From NCBI GenBank assembly GCA_951406725.2, contig OX597823.1, positions 93,062,001 through 93,126,000 of the forward strand: 64,000 nucleotides of DNA, given 5' to 3'. The notes beneath the pieces were generated by a model. It was not told the DNA's origin, searched no databases, and was given only the letters and a program-made list of their open reading frames with translations. Below are positions 38,463 to 54,077 of the stretch, in pieces. This stretch comes from Octopus vulgaris. Its lineage: Eukaryota. Each line of letters begins with the position of its first letter. Position 1 is the first letter of the stretch. Both the position numbers and the translations under genes were made by a program.

Positions 38463-40919
38463 TTTCAAAAACCTCCAATAACCTCTTCCCATTCATTCAA
38501 GTAAGCATTTGCAGCCGCATCCGAAACCATGTCAAATTACACAGCGCAGGGTTACTGAAATAGTTGAGGCCCTGTGTGTGTTATGCCAGTGTTTTGTTGA
38601 AAGGCAGTGTTTCAGTAGTAATGATTATACTGGATGAAAGATTTATTTTCACAAATTGCCAAAGCTAGCATTCGTGTTAGGACTAGAGATAATTGAGTTT
38701 ATAATGCTGCAGCCCTTATATAATGCATCCATAGAAATGTTCTGACTTGTTTTTATGTTTTCATTGCATCGCAGGTTTCTTATGCCTATTATTTTTAGTG
38801 ATGTCATACCTAATACTGAAGAGCTTTTAAATTCTTCCATAGCATGCAATAAAGTTTGCGTCGCACTTTTATCCTAATGAAGAGTAATCTGCCTAAGCTT
38901 GTTATTAAGCAAATCATAATAATTAACAACAAACCTTTAATTATTAATCTTATTTGTCTTCCGTTCGATTATCAACTTTAAATACTAAAAGAAATTCAAA
39001 TATGTCGCAGTAGAGCCTGGACGCGGCAGTAAAATAAGAAATATTTTTTTTAAAAATCCGCCTACTTCAATTACTTTCTCCTTCACACCAACACTCGAAA
39101 CTTTTGTGGTTTTATTCTTATATATGCCCAGCATTTTAGCCATACATGCTGTGAGATAAGACCATATATTCAAGAAAATTATGGATCAGATTACAATTAC
39201 CAGAACATATAAAATTCCTTAAACTATATTTTCATGTGCTTTGCGATCCTGAAATGAATGTACAAGTTGAGAACAATACTTTTAACGGCAAATTACAGTT
39301 TTTATGGCAAACATGTTCTTTTGTATGAAATACTGACTACAAAAATTTACAAGTTTAGCGCAATTTTAACCGAAAAACATTGATGTATTTGCCATAGAGT
39401 TTACTTGCATTGTCAGCAATCTGCGCAGAATTTTATGCATTCCATTCCTGGCGTCTCTAATTAAGTTAGTATTAATTTGTTATTAATTTGCTATTTCTTC
39501 TAATGATCTAATGATTCGCTGCTGATTAAGTCACATAAGTCACGTTACATTCTCATCTGAAAATGACAGTACTCAAAAGTATTCGGAAACACTGGATTCC
39601 ACCATTTTTTAAAGATTCAGGAAGGGCAAAGCCAATTCTTTGATATAATCCTCATCGCTAGAATATTCTCTGAAAGATTATATTTTAGGATTTTCCACAT
39701 ATTATTGAGTAAAATCCACCATTGACAATTCCCTATCACATATGATACACAACGACGTAGAACACTTGGCACAGATGTTAGTTTGTTATAAAACTGAAGA
39801 CACAGAAGCCCGGAATCTAATCCGGTTGTGCATAACTTATAACGTTTCTCACGATAGCTAGATTGTGGTTCAATTCCCAGACCGGACGCTGCATTGAGTT
39901 CTTGAGTAAAATATTTCGCTTCACTAAGTTGTAAACGAGTACCCCACGATGGATTGGTGTCGAGTTCAGTACAAATGTTATGATTTCGATTACTTATATT
40001 ATATGGAAACCAGGCAATCTGCTTATAAGTGCCAGAACTTAAGACAATATTACTTTACTAATATGCGAGCGAGATTGCAATATTCCTCACCACCGAAAAG
40101 GACACTGACCCGTCACCGGAAGTCACCTTCGAAGCTATAACTAAATTGGAGGAACATGAAATGAAGCCTTTTGCTAAAAAAATACAACGTATACTCCGAT
40201 CCGGGTATCGAAACCATGACGGCAAGATCGTGAACGTAGCAACCTAACCACTAGGCCATGTACCTTCATCAAGATATATCTACAGCCAAAATATTGCTTT
40301 CAAATTTCAGCATAGCGCCTGTAATTATGGAGGAGGAGAGTTTAAGCCGCTTACATCGACCCGAGTAGTCAACTGGTACTTATTTTCATTGATCAGGAAA
40401 GTATGAAAGGTGGAATCAACCTCCTTTGAACTCAAAACATTAAATCATTTTACCAGGCGTGCTAACGTTTCAGCCATCTCGGTGCCTTATCTACAGCCAA
40501 CATGTAATCAAGCTCTTTAAAAGAAACGCTGGCATGATACAATGGCTATACTTATGGTGAAACTGTTCAGCATTTCGTGCCACTCTAAAAGTTTCCTTAT
40601 TGTTAATCTCTACATCAAAACAGCACAGCATTGTACAGAGTAACGTGTAAAATATACCTTCTGCATTTCCGAAAAAGATAACCTAGATACGTTCCTCCGT
40701 TTAGCGTTACGTGCAAACACTGCCTTCCGGCATTACTTCAGGGATTTGAAATGCCAACTAAAGATGGACAACTCTTCCCTCCCTCTTTATACCATCTTAC
40801 TTTTCGTGTATTTCGCTAACGAAACGTGTACAGCGCAAAGGGACAGCAAATTACTGGCTGGTTTTAATCTTCAAAATGAACAACAGAAAATATGTAATCA
40901 TATTTTAACAGTTTTTGTT

Positions 40920-41000
<81 letters not shown>

Positions 41001-42310
41001 ATAATTCACTTTGACGATGTTATAATTATATATAGGAAGGCGGTGTGGTGGCACAGTCGGTAGTACGTCAGACAAAACGTTTACCGGTACTTGTTTTAAT
41101 ACGTTGAGTATGACTTCGGTAGTCATTCATTTGAAGCTGATGACATAAGTATCAGTCAAGCACTGGGGTCAATGTAATCGACTGGTCCCCTTCCTATCAA
41201 ATTTTCACGTCTTAAACACGAAGTTTAGAAGATTTTTTTAATAATATCTAGACGGCTAAGTTCGAAAAATTTCAGCGGTAAAAACGAATACGTTTATCAA
41301 TTTTATAGTATATCTGTGTAACTTGGCTTAGTAACTTGGCTGAAGTAACTTGGCTTATTGTGGAAGTATAATACTTTTATATATATTAAGTATAAATATG
41401 CAATTTTCAGATCTTGGTGTTCGCAGTACAGCTACCGATATATTATCGGTTGCCAGATATCAGCAATATTTAGTGAATAGTTTGTTCAACGAATTTATAG
41501 ATAAAGGAATCGGATCTGGTTTAGACTCCAAATCACGGGTGCTTCTGGCTGATGAGACAAAAAGAAACTGGCCCTCCGTCCGTTATGATCTGATCAACGT
41601 ATCAGCCTGCTCGTGAAAGAAACATGCAAGTGGAAGAGTATTCCACAGACACGCGTGGACTTAACATAGTACTAAGGGAGATTCGGTGTCACAAATATGG
41701 GGACCAGATTGACATTTTGACTCTTTTTTGCCAGGAGTGGCAAAAAAGAACACCGGGGACTGGAATAACGTGGAATACAGTGCGTTGCCCAATGAAACAG
41801 CATGCTGCCAGGAATCGAACTCACGCCCTTACCACCGTGAGTTAAATGCCCTAACTACTAACTTATGCACCTTTACTTGACTGCCGAGACACATGTCGGA
41901 ACACCGCGGTCCTAGCATGGCTTGCACCAAGGCGACGAGTGTGTTACGAACACATTCTCGTCGGAAAAAGGAGAAACTGCTCTCTCGTGGCCTACACAAC
42001 ATCGATTGGCATATTTGCGTTCGAATCAGCCAGAACGTTTTAAGAATATATATGCAAGCCATCATTGTTACTGGCAATCAGATAGCAGCCTTCGATAAAA
42101 GAAGTGCACACTGTCATGTTCGTTTGGCAGAGAACTAGAACCAATCAATGAACAAGCACACAGACACACAAGCACACACACGCACAAGCACACACACATA
42201 CATGCATATATGAGTGTGTTTGTGAACGTGTTGTTTTGTGAGTGTGCGTGCGTGCGTGCGTGCGTGTGTGCGTGCATATATGTGTACGTACCTACTTGAT
42301 AGATAGATAA

Positions 42311-42397
<87 letters not shown>

Positions 42398-42971
42398 CTT
42401 TTTATATAGGTTTGTAATTTTAATGTTGTCCTAAAGCTTGATGCGTATAGCAATTATAATTTTCAAGCAAATGAATAATTAATAACCTGTTAGGGAATTC
42501 ACATGCTAATGTAGCATATCGTAAATGAAGTTTTAAATAGAATTTAAGCTATATTCTTTACAAATGATATTAAACACATAAAACATAATCACAACTCATA
42601 AATATCAAGCGGTATATAATTTCTGAAAATAACATTGATATATGTATACATATTCATTATACTTTATTTGGTATTTTGATAATATCGAGTCATGTCGAAG
42701 TTTTCTTCGAAGCCGTGGTGTCACAGGTTCGATTCCTTACCTGTACCGTCAACAAAACACTGGCAGGATTTAGCGTGGTACAGAGATGTTTTTTAAGGAA
42801 GTTTTGATAGGGAAATGTTTTGATGAGGGTTTTTGTGGAGTAAAAAGAGCTGTATGACGCGGAACTACTAGAGTTTTGGCCGATGGTTTATAAGAAATGA
42901 GCATGTGCACATCTCCTGTGTGTGATTGTTACGTGTGTTTCTTTATCACCCTTTTGTGTTGAATTTTTTAA

Positions 42972-43016
<45 letters not shown>

Positions 43017-43167
43017 AAGAGTGAAAAAGTTTCAATGAAAAATATAATATTGGAATATTTATGTTTTTTATGTTTGTTGCTCTCATACGTCTTTGCAAGC
43101 GCTTTGTTGTACCACTACTTCTCTCTCTCTCTCTATCTCTATCTCTCTCTCTCTATATATATATATA

Positions 43168-43200
<33 letters not shown>

Positions 43201-43219
43201 GAACGTATACACACACATA

Positions 43220-43288
<69 letters not shown>

Positions 43289-45895
43289 TAAGAGAGAGAA
43301 AATTGTTTTTCGTAACGTAGAATTCATTTACAGAGAGGAAGTCCACTTTTGGGTTGACTGCCACACCCCGCCCCTCCATTGAACATGTCTACTTTTCACT
43401 TGCATTTATTTAGTGGAATTTGATTTCTCGCAAACTGGCACCAGACATATCGATTTGCATGACCTAACCACTCACCGTTTCTGTCTAAAATTCCCCCTCA
43501 AAAATGAGATTTAAATCCCTTTGTCGCATCTTTCCACCTTTTTGCAATCATCTGATATTTCCTCTCTAATATTTGGCAGCTAAATTACTTCCTGTTCCTT
43601 TTCAAACCACATATCCTATTCCCACCCAGGCACAAACCTCACAATCACAATCAACAGCGTATCTCCTCTAGGCAGTACACAGAGCATTTTCTCAAATTTG
43701 ACTCAGAAAGGTGGTGTCTGCTCACTTCATGTCTCTCAAATCACTGTTGAGAAGGATTTCGCTAATAAATAATTCTATATGTATACTTGTATCGTGAAGG
43801 CTAGTAGCTTAGTGCTTGGGGTATACTCACCGCCTTGAGATTGCTCACTATCGAAAAGTCGTGTGATCGATACACGTGTGTTCGCGTTTTGCTCTTGAGC
43901 ATGACACATTATTTCACGTTGCTTCATTCCATTCAACTAGCAAAAAATGAGCTGTAACTGAAATGCAAAGGGCCCAACTTGTCACACTGTGTGCTACGCT
44001 GAATCTCTCAGAAATGCGTTAAGCGTGTCTGTAGAGTATTCAGCCATTTGCTTGTTAATTTCACGAGCAGGCTGTTCTGCTGATGTCATATAAACAACAG
44101 AATGTCAGGTGTCAGTTACACTTGCATCTCACCTGTTCCGTCTTTGATGTACTCGTCGTCGCTGACAAAGCTCTCAGAGTTTTCTCATGACGATACCGAT
44201 GCAGAAGACGAATATTTTCATTCCCAGACCTTTACCCGAATTTGTGCCATTCTCTACATGTATTCCAGACCATTACACCGGAACACCTCATTTTCTTCTT
44301 CACAAGTCCTAAAATGGACCAGTCCGTAATCACCTGTGCACCTGTTATCTCATTTGCCACAACTGCATATAACTGCGCAACACACAATCATGCATTAAAG
44401 AGCCTACCATTTTCCCCATGTGACCTATTGTACTTGTTGGTCGCTACCGAACTCTGCTCTGCTTCTGGGTTCCCTTCTTCCCGATCCTTTTTCCTATCAA
44501 TTGCCTACTTAGTACTACACTGCAGTGAGTATGGAAGCCGCAGGCGCAAACCGGGGTGACGCCAAATGCACGGGCATCGATGGCATATTTGCATAGACAA
44601 TGGTGAATGATGGTCTTCCTTGATCACGAGTAACCCGCCATCATCCGCATCATATTTGTATGTATATATGTAATATATGTAACTATGTAAGCACGTATGT
44701 ATATAACTTTGTATGTAGTTATGGATGTAAGTAGATACCTACGTAGACCTTATATATGTAGGTATGTAGGTATATATATATTTCTACGCTTGTATGTGTT
44801 GTTATGTGTATTTGTGTATATACATATTTATGTATGTATGTATGTATAAATATGGCTGTGACTAAATCTCCATGAATCTTCATGTAATACCAACACCACA
44901 ACCGAACAAAATTACCTATTAACATTACCACTGTTCAAACTTATTTGACGTGATATAAAGCATTACGGTTCTAAATTCTCAAGATAACTTGCGAATAAAT
45001 ATGTTCCCCTAACTAAATTACTCCGTGAGGAACAAATACAGGAACACATAGCAGGAATTACAAGAAAATTCAATACAAATAAATACTAACATAGACTGTA
45101 CTTGCTTGGGAATTGTATAGCAATATTTTAAAAGTTGTAGCACGTTGTATGGACAGGTTATACTAGCCTTAAATAAATACTTACTTCGAGTTCAGGTTCA
45201 GTTTTCAAATAGGTAATTTATTTACAATAAATAAATAATATCTACTTAGGAATAATAAATTGTTATGTATTTATGAAAACCATATTTAAAGATATGTGTA
45301 AGCTCGCTTTAAATCTATTTGTATAGCTTCAATATAATAGATACACGGAATTCGAGGCTTCTCCAGATGTGAAAAACGTACGTAAAATTTATAAAATGAA
45401 TACTAACTTTCGACTATATGTTAAGGCAGCTGCTTCATTATGATATATTTAGGGGCAGAGTGAGCAGGTTACCACATAATAAATACTTTATGTCTAAAAC
45501 GTGATTTTGCTATTGGCATGAAGGTAATTGAATTTCGTAGCCGGGTTAACTGCAAACTTTGCTAAAGCATTGCTCGTTCTTGGACTGCATATTAATGCCA
45601 AGAATATGCAGCTGGTTCTCGCTTGGCAATGATGGCAGGAATATTGGAGGAAGTGAAATATTGTGAAAGATAACGAGAAATAGGGAGTAAGAACAAGACA
45701 GAAAGAAACAGGTGATACAACATATACACATTTAAGTACATACATTCTAACACATATATATGTATATATATATATAAAAACAAAATCTTATATAGCTACA
45801 CATAAGTACATACATACACACACATATACATATACATAGATACATATATATATACACATATACATATATATATATATATACACATATACATATAC

Positions 45896-46008
<113 letters not shown>

Positions 46009-46271
46009 CAAACCTCCGCTTTTGCTGGTTTAAGCTGTGGTTGTTACCGTTCATGTTCCTGTTATTCTTATAACTGTTGTTATTTTCATAAATAATATTT
46101 ATGCAACTTTGCTAATGCGCATGATTCATTCACATATACACTTGGAATTAGCTGGTAAGGAGATGTATGCACTTATATAGAAATTTCCTTATATAAATGC
46201 TTTCCCCTATATATAAAAATATATACGCACATACATGTACATATATATACACACATGCATATATACATATG

Positions 46272-46304
<33 letters not shown>

Positions 46305-46628
46305 TGAGAGAGCGAGAGAGAGAGATTCATTTATATACATATATACATATACACATACATATATATATATACAGATAGATAGATAAATAGATAGATAGAT
46401 AGATTCATATATATATACATATATACATATACACACGCATATATATACATACACACACATGCACATATATATATATATATATATATATATGCATATATAT
46501 CACGATATATACATGAATATACATATACGTATGTATATATATGTATATATATGTATATAAAATTATATATATATGTATGTGTGTATGTATGTATTTATGC
46601 TTGCATGAATGCATATATATTATATATA

Positions 46629-46697
<69 letters not shown>

Positions 46698-46867
46698 TCT
46701 GAATATGCACTTTTTATCACACACAGAAACACATGCATACACATATACGTAGATGATTCTGTGAATGCGTGCGTATGAGAATCTGCATCTGTACATAATC
46801 CATGCATAACTCATATATAAGTGTGTGCATACGTGCGCTTGTACAATCATGTTCACATATTCATATC

Positions 46868-46922
<55 letters not shown>

Positions 46923-47191
46923 TTGCATTATATCTATACAAGCATACAGAGAGACAGTTGCACATTGCGTAGAATATTTCTCTATAATTCATCTGGGTAG
47001 GAATTGGCACATTTGAATAGCAAAACTTGTAAACTGGTCTCATGGATGCTTGAAAGGTTGGCATGCCAAATTTACAGTTAAGGTGTTTTGCAAGAATATA
47101 CATCCAAGCTTGCAGGCTTTTCTATTTTTTTTTATCAATAAATTTGGCACGGAGCAAGAAACCTATGCATATTCTCTGCCATATTCGATAT

Positions 47192-47247
<56 letters not shown>

Positions 47248-47260
47248 AACACGGGCACAG

Positions 47261-47318
<58 letters not shown>

Positions 47319-47414
47319 GTTTTATATGTGAGTGTGTGTATTTATAGATATGTATGTATGCATATATATATATATATATATACGTGGGTGGTTGTTTATA
47401 TATATGTGTGTGTA

Positions 47415-47855
47415 GGTCGCGTTGTTGCTTCCCAACCAAATGGTTCTAGGTTCAGTCCCACTGTGTGGCATCTTGGGCAGATGTCTTCTTCTATATCCTC
47501 CAGCCGTCTAAAGGCTTGTGTGTGAATTTCAGCGATGGAAACGTGAAAGTCCGTCATATGTGTGTGCTCGTTTGTATATGATTTCGTGTATGTGTATGTG
47601 CATGTGTATGTATTTGATTGTGTGTGTGTATGTGTGTGCCTGTGTGTGATCTTTGTATCGCTGTCTGTCCCTCATAACTGCTTGACAACTGGTATTGTTT
47701 TGCTTACATCCCCATAACATAGCGGTTTTACATAAGTACAAGGTTTAAAAAGCCAAAAATACGTACTGGGTTCGATTCATTTGAATAACAATTCTTCAAA
47801 GTGGGGCCCCAGCTTGGCCGAAGTCTAATGACTGAACGAGTAAATGATAAGAAAA
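47415..47855 (+). mobile_element. degenerate SINE family A copy
   Basis: GGTTCAGTCCCACTGTGTGGCATCTTGGGCAG head, internal TG tract, tail CAGCTTGGCCGAAGTCTAATGACTGAA. Confidence 0.7.
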
Positions 47856-48113
47856 AAGTATTCGTTGAGATATCTTTGAATAGGAAATATAAATAAGAAG
47901 GGAAACGAGAGAAAGAGTGAGAGAATGTGAGAGCATTTTGATGGACAACGGTGAATCTCACATACTGTTTTTCAGTTATCTTGATCTATAGGCTTCATAA
48001 TAACATTTCATCACATCACTTCAGCTGAATGGGAGACCAATATGTTGTACACTTAAAGTCGAGCAATTCTGAAGAAACAGCGAAATGATTACTTTGACCA
48101 ATGTATTGAATAC

Positions 48114-48897
48114 TTATTTCTTTATTGCCCACAAGGGGCTAAACATAGAGGGGACAAACAAGGACAGACAAAAGGATTAAGTCGATTATATCGATCCCAG
48201 TGCGTAACTGCTACTTATTCAATCGACCACGAAAGGATAAAAGGCAAAGTTGACCTCGCCGTAATTTGAAATCAGAACGTAGCGGCAGACGAAATACCTA
48301 TTTCCTTACTTCCCACAAGGGGCTAAACACAGAAGGGACAAACAAGTACAGACAAACGGATAAAGTCGATTACATTGACCCCAGTGCGTAACTGCTACTT
48401 ATTTAATCGACCCCGAAATGATGAAAGGCAAAGTCGAGCTCGGCGGAATTTGAACTCAGAACGTAACGGCATACGAAATACCCATTTCTTTACTACCCAC
48501 AAGGGGCTAAACACAGAGAGGACAAACAAAGAGAGACACACTGATTAAGTCGATTATATCGACCCCAGTGCATAACTGGTACTTAATTTATATACTCCGA
48601 AAGGATGAAAGGCAAAGTCGACCTCGGCGGAATTTGAACTCACAACGTAACGGCAGACGAAATACCTATTTCTTTACTACCCACAAGGGGCTAAACACAG
48701 AGGAGACAAACAAGGGCAGACAAACGAATTAAGTCGATTATATCGACCCCAGTGCGTAACTGATACTTATTCAATCGACGCCGAATGGATGAAAGGCAAA
48801 GTCGACCGCGGCGGAATTTGACCTCAGAACGTAGCGACAGGCGAAATACCGATAAGTATTTCGCTCGACGTGCTAACGATTCTGCCAGCGGGCCTCC
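48114..48897 (-). mobile_element. tandem array of four SINE family B units (184-bp period) with a single head
   Basis: Units start at ~48114, 48298, 48482 and 48666. The A-box head (TGGCAGAATCGTTAGCAC on minus) is present only at ~48850-48897. Confidence 0.9.
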
Positions 48898-49422
48898 TTA
48901 CTTTATTCTTCCATTCTTACCTTATTTCATCCATTCCGAAACGATGAAAAACAATCTTGACCGCGGCAGAATTTGAAATCAGGACGTTAAGAGGCAGAAA
49001 AATGCTTAACATGCTTAACTCTAAAATGTTATTGCTGTCAGGAGAATCTTTCCTTATATCGATTTCTTTCAAATTTATGTCTGCTAAAATAGGTTCCGTT
49101 CTTAACGGAAGCGCATGCCATTGTTTTGGACGAGTACATTATTAGTAATACGATACGATGGTGTCAACATATGAGTCTTTCATAATGTAGGATGGTAAAA
49201 TTTAATGTAATATTCAACAGGTGGTTATATCATAACCACGTAGGTGGATGGATAATCATACACTTATTTGTATACATATACACATTCAAATGTGCGCACA
49301 CCCAAAGAAAGGAACAAATGCGCGCTCACAAACACACAAACACATACACACACACATACATATGCTTGTGTGTGTATGAGAGAGTGTGTGCATACACACA
49401 TACATTCATATATGTACATAAT

Positions 49423-49469
<47 letters not shown>

Positions 49470-49659
49470 CGAGAGATAGATAAACAGGCGTGCAGGTATA
49501 GATAGGTAAATATATATATATATATAGAGAGAGATAGATAGATATCTATGTATGTATATATATGTATATATATATATGTATATATATGTACATATATATA
49601 TATATATATACACACACACATATATATATATATGTACATGTGTGTATATATATATATAT

Positions 49660-49723
<64 letters not shown>

Positions 49724-50802
49724 CGATGAAAGTTATGAAAATATAAACGTCTACAAAGTGCTGGTCCTTACATATGCGATTTGAGAACCATTTTTAGTAA
49801 ACGCATTGTAAAGAAATCCAGCGAAGAAGTTATATTTCGCCCTGGGGATCATACTTTACTACAATGGCTTTTCTTGCAAAATTGCTTATGCTGATTGCAT
49901 GCTGTTATTCTTTTTCTCTGCTTGGAAAAAAATCACATTAAGAATGGAGTAAAATAAGAAGCTACAGTAAACGTGAAATGGCTTCCTCTTCCTCTCTTTT
50001 ATCAAATCCACTGGTTGATAATGTTAGCCAAATAGATTTAGGTAAATCAGATAGAATTCTGCAAAAGAAAAAGAAAATAGAAATGAATATCAGTTTGGAA
50101 TACCTAAGAGTATTTTGCATTTGAATGCCGGAAAAAGACCTAAGCTAATTGAAAGCTTACGGAATGGCAGAAATATTTTTTCTATAATACAGCGTTTGCA
50201 GTGTTGAGTTATTAATACTTAAATAGGCAATAAGAATACATAAACCAACCGCCAGGTCCTTGGAGGAGCGCTTTTTTAGAGTTGTTTCTATTCAAATTAT
50301 TCTCATGAGGATAGCCTAACACCTCGGCCTAGTGCTTAACCTTAATTGTTACTCCTTAAATTTCACCGTAAACAGGCTTAAAAGGGTTTCTAATCTGAAA
50401 CCACTACACCTGATAAATGATATTGATAAACCTGTTCAAAACCAAGGGGTAAGTTTTTATTGCGTAATGCCTGGATCTGAGCTAGATAAAAGGTATCTTT
50501 TTCTCTGAAATCTCATTGCAGGGACATGAAGAAATGGATAAAAAATTAGGTGATTAAGTATATAATAATCTTTCCTTAAATGACAGAATGCCCACAACTA
50601 CAATATTTCTGTTGTATTCGTCTATACATGACCTATTAACCGACAATCATAACAACTGGCTTTTGAAAACGAGATTATAGCCTTCGATGAGTTCCATATC
50701 ATCTGTTTTTCCAGAATGTATTTTCTCTTTCAGCCGTGAATCTTGTCCATTTGTAGTGGCTGCAGTATAAGATATAATAACTACACGCATCCCTTGTACG
50801 TG

Positions 50803-50915
<113 letters not shown>

Positions 50916-50928
50916 GTATATATATATA

Positions 50929-51161
50929 CACTGTTGAGTCTGGGACGAGTCATTCTCTTTTAGTGCCTTATAATTTAACACACACTCCGGCAGCATTTCG
51001 ACTCATTGTTTAAATTTCCGTTGCATCTTGCATCCTTTTCAATAATTTTGACTTTTAGAAAAATTTTAGAAAAAATAAAAACGAAATAAGTGGAAATTTT
51101 GTCGGTAAGTGTGTTAAATTATAAGGCACAAAAAAAAAGAATGACTCACCCCAGGCACAGC
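50929..51161. mobile_element. MITE (~230 bp)
   Basis: TIR CTGGGACGAGTCATTCT..GTGCCTTATAATTTAACACAC versus GTGTGTTAAATTATAAGGCAC..AGAATGACTCACCCCAG; left end in a TA tract. Confidence 0.8.
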
Positions 51162-51644
51162 AAAATATGCTTTAACACATGGACTCACTTAAAGTATTTT
51201 GCAAACCAAATCCAAAAACGAAATATATATATACATGTGTGTGCGCGCGCGCGTGTGTGTTTCCTAACATGATTGTCAGTCACGTTGTACAACGAATCAA
51301 GTCCGAAATCATACTTTTCTCTTAAATACGTCATCATCATCATATCTCTTTACCGCTTTTATTCATTACCCGTCGGTGCCACTCAGACGCCTGATGCAGT
51401 GCCTAGAATTATCGAAGCAGATGCATTTCAGATTTTATGAGATATCTGGCATTGCCCTCCAGAATAAACCAGAAGCAAAGCCTTCTCGATTTCTAATAAC
51501 ACCACCTTTCATTTTTATCATTCTTTCCTTTCCATAATTCCCTTTCTTATAAAATCTGCCTCCACGTTTAGAAAGACACCACAATGCCTATTTTACCTCA
51601 TTCCCTCTAACCAAATATTTACTTGCCCAAACTTATCTCTAGAA

Positions 51645-51925
51645 TAAGTTAAGTTAGTTGAGTCAATTTTTGGGCTCAAAAAGCAAAACCAAGGTCATGT
51701 AGGGGGAGAGGGAGTTATGTACAGGGAGGGTTTTCATGCAAAGAGTTCAGGCCATTTCTGGTCAAGAGAGACTTTTAAGCGAGCGGTCGTCGGCATCTTC
51801 ACTATCTCGTCCGGCAGCTTATTCCACGGATCCGCAACCCGGACGGAGAAAGCCCCTCTCCTTCGATTGAGAGGAAATCGTCGCAGATAAAGCTTTTCGG
51901 AGTGACCCCGCAGCCGACGCTCTGA
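51645..51925 (-). mobile_element. 3' fragment of CR1-type LINE
   Basis: LRGHSEKLYLRR..RRGAFSVRVADPWNKLPDEIV C-terminal motif, then 3'UTR ending in AACTAACTTAACTTA repeats. Confidence 0.85.
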
Positions 51926-53235
51926 ATCATGAATCAGAAAACCTATAGCAACAATTGTAAATCCCAGAATATTTCTCAACATCTATTGTGTGTTTCCTAA
52001 TCATGAAATATTTTTATATTTTTAATTACAACGGAGCCTCACAAGCCCCCTTCCTTATCTAAATAAATACCTGACTCTTCTCCAGAATCTAAGCTTTCAG
52101 GAATATTCTTCAATGCACGCGATTTTCCTGCAAACAATAAGACAAGAATATTTGCCACGTTGGTGTCTCTCTCTTCAGAGGTCCTGTAGGGATCAAATTT
52201 CCCAGATCAGGCTTTAAAAAATACATGGTTCTCTTTGTTTCTCTTTCTTTCATTACGAGCAAACGCAATACCGCGCATATAAATGTGCACTCGCACTCTC
52301 TCTCCATCTCTTCTTCCCTCTCTCTCTCTCTGTCTCTTATATACATACACAGATACACGTATATTTCAAGTGATATATCTCCCATACGTTATTCGTAGAT
52401 CGATATAATCTTCTACCTGAAGTTGAAAACTTTTCTCACAACAGCTCATTACAGCATGTACTAAAGTGGTCTCCTCCGTCAGAATTATATAAAGTAGTAC
52501 AACCTTACATTTTTGGTGATACATTATTTACTTACCATGATTTATAACAAACTACAATGAGACAACCACATGCAGCAGATTCAGAGCCACAGATACTCTG
52601 CTCAGGATCCACGAAGAAAGACGTTCAAAATATCACCCGATTCTAAAATGAAATATATGGCTTCCTTCACCATTGTAAACAGTCGGTCATTATGCAATCA
52701 AAGAAGTCACGTTGCACAAACTCGAAATTCGATTCGTGAGCACAGATGAATAAAATCCTTCAGTTCCTTATAAATTATATGCTTCGCAATATCACATGCC
52801 CACCAGGCCCAGTTGCACATCTATGTGCCCACACTGCACACTAAAGATTTATATCATCTGCAGGATCTTTTAATACATTAGTTCTAAACTTTTGCAGGAG
52901 CACATTGAAAGATTATGGATAATATTTGAAACAGAGCTGGTGTTACGTCCTACGAAGTGTGTAGAGACTTTCCAAAAGTCACTCGGTTGATTAACAAAAA
53001 AGCAAAAATCGATAATTCGTCCATCAATATATTACATCTATTGAACCACAGACTAACTGTTCCGATCCATACGTCTTCCCTCCCATCACTCTTCCTAATC
53101 GACACTGGGTCAGGACTGGACGATATCAAGCCAGATACGGATATCAAGCAGATATCGATAATGTAGATATGCAGCGTGAATATCATTCACAACATTTGAA
53201 ACCCGTCAAGCAATACTTCCAAATTTTATACACAA

Positions 53236-53636
53236 CTAGCAGTATCGCCCGGCGTTGCTCGGGTTTGTAAGGGAAATAACTATATAAGCATTTTTAGAGA
53301 TGTAAAGTATAATAGCCATCTCAATATGGCAAACCACAAAGGAGGGGGGTGTTACTGTAGCTTTTTACGTTCTGAGATTTAATAATAATTTTTTAGAGAG
53401 TTACTTCCCTTATATATATGCCAAAAATGCATTAAAAATGTGAAAAATTGATGGTAAATTGTTTTTTAAATCGTAGACTCATCGTAGACACGCGCTAATA
53501 CCCAGAAGGGCTTGATATGAATCACGACTATAAGATACCCGGTTTTGGTTAAACTGCACCGCAAAACGTGGGAGTAGTTAGGAATCTAAATCGTAGGAGA
53601 CAGACACTCACACAACTTCACTTTTATATATAAAGA
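53236..53636 (-). mobile_element. non-autonomous Helitron (401 bp)
   Basis: Minus strand A|TCTTTATATATAAAAG ... CCCG-AGCAACGC-CGGG hairpin, CGATACTG, CTAG|T. AT target, no TSD. Confidence 0.85.
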
Positions 53637-53677
53637 TATTCTTCTTATGAATCTTTAATTAAATATAACAACCTTTC

Positions 53678-53885
53678 ATCTTTTACTTGTTTCAGTCATC
53701 TGACTGCAGCCATGCTTGGACACACCGCCTTTAGTAGAATGAATTAATCCCAGCAGTAGACTGGTACTTATTTTACCGTTCTCTTTAGCCAAACCGCTAA
53801 GAAATAGGGATGCAAACAAACCAACACCGGTTGTCAAACAGGGATGTAGGACAAATACAAGCACGAATACAAACACACACACAAT
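53678..53885 (-). mobile_element. 3' half of SINE family A
   Basis: TTTTACTTGTTTCAGTCATCTGACTGCAGCCATGCTTGGACACACCGCC is the reverse complement of the family tail. Confidence 0.75.
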
Positions 53886-54077
53886 ATTTTATTATATTAT
53901 ATACATGTGTAAGCCGTTTAAGGGTCCATAAGTCAGAAAAAATTGCACTTATATATCTATCCGCAGAGTGCGTATAATACTCCTCGAGCAGACACCTGTA
54001 GAGTCGGATCTTGTGATAGGAGCATTCTATCCTCCGATAAGAATAAAAATCAGTATACAGTAAGTAACGACACATAA

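Noticed and set aside
48114-48897. CRISPR-like array
   Set aside because: Eukaryotic context; whole 184-bp units are homologous, with no unique spacers.
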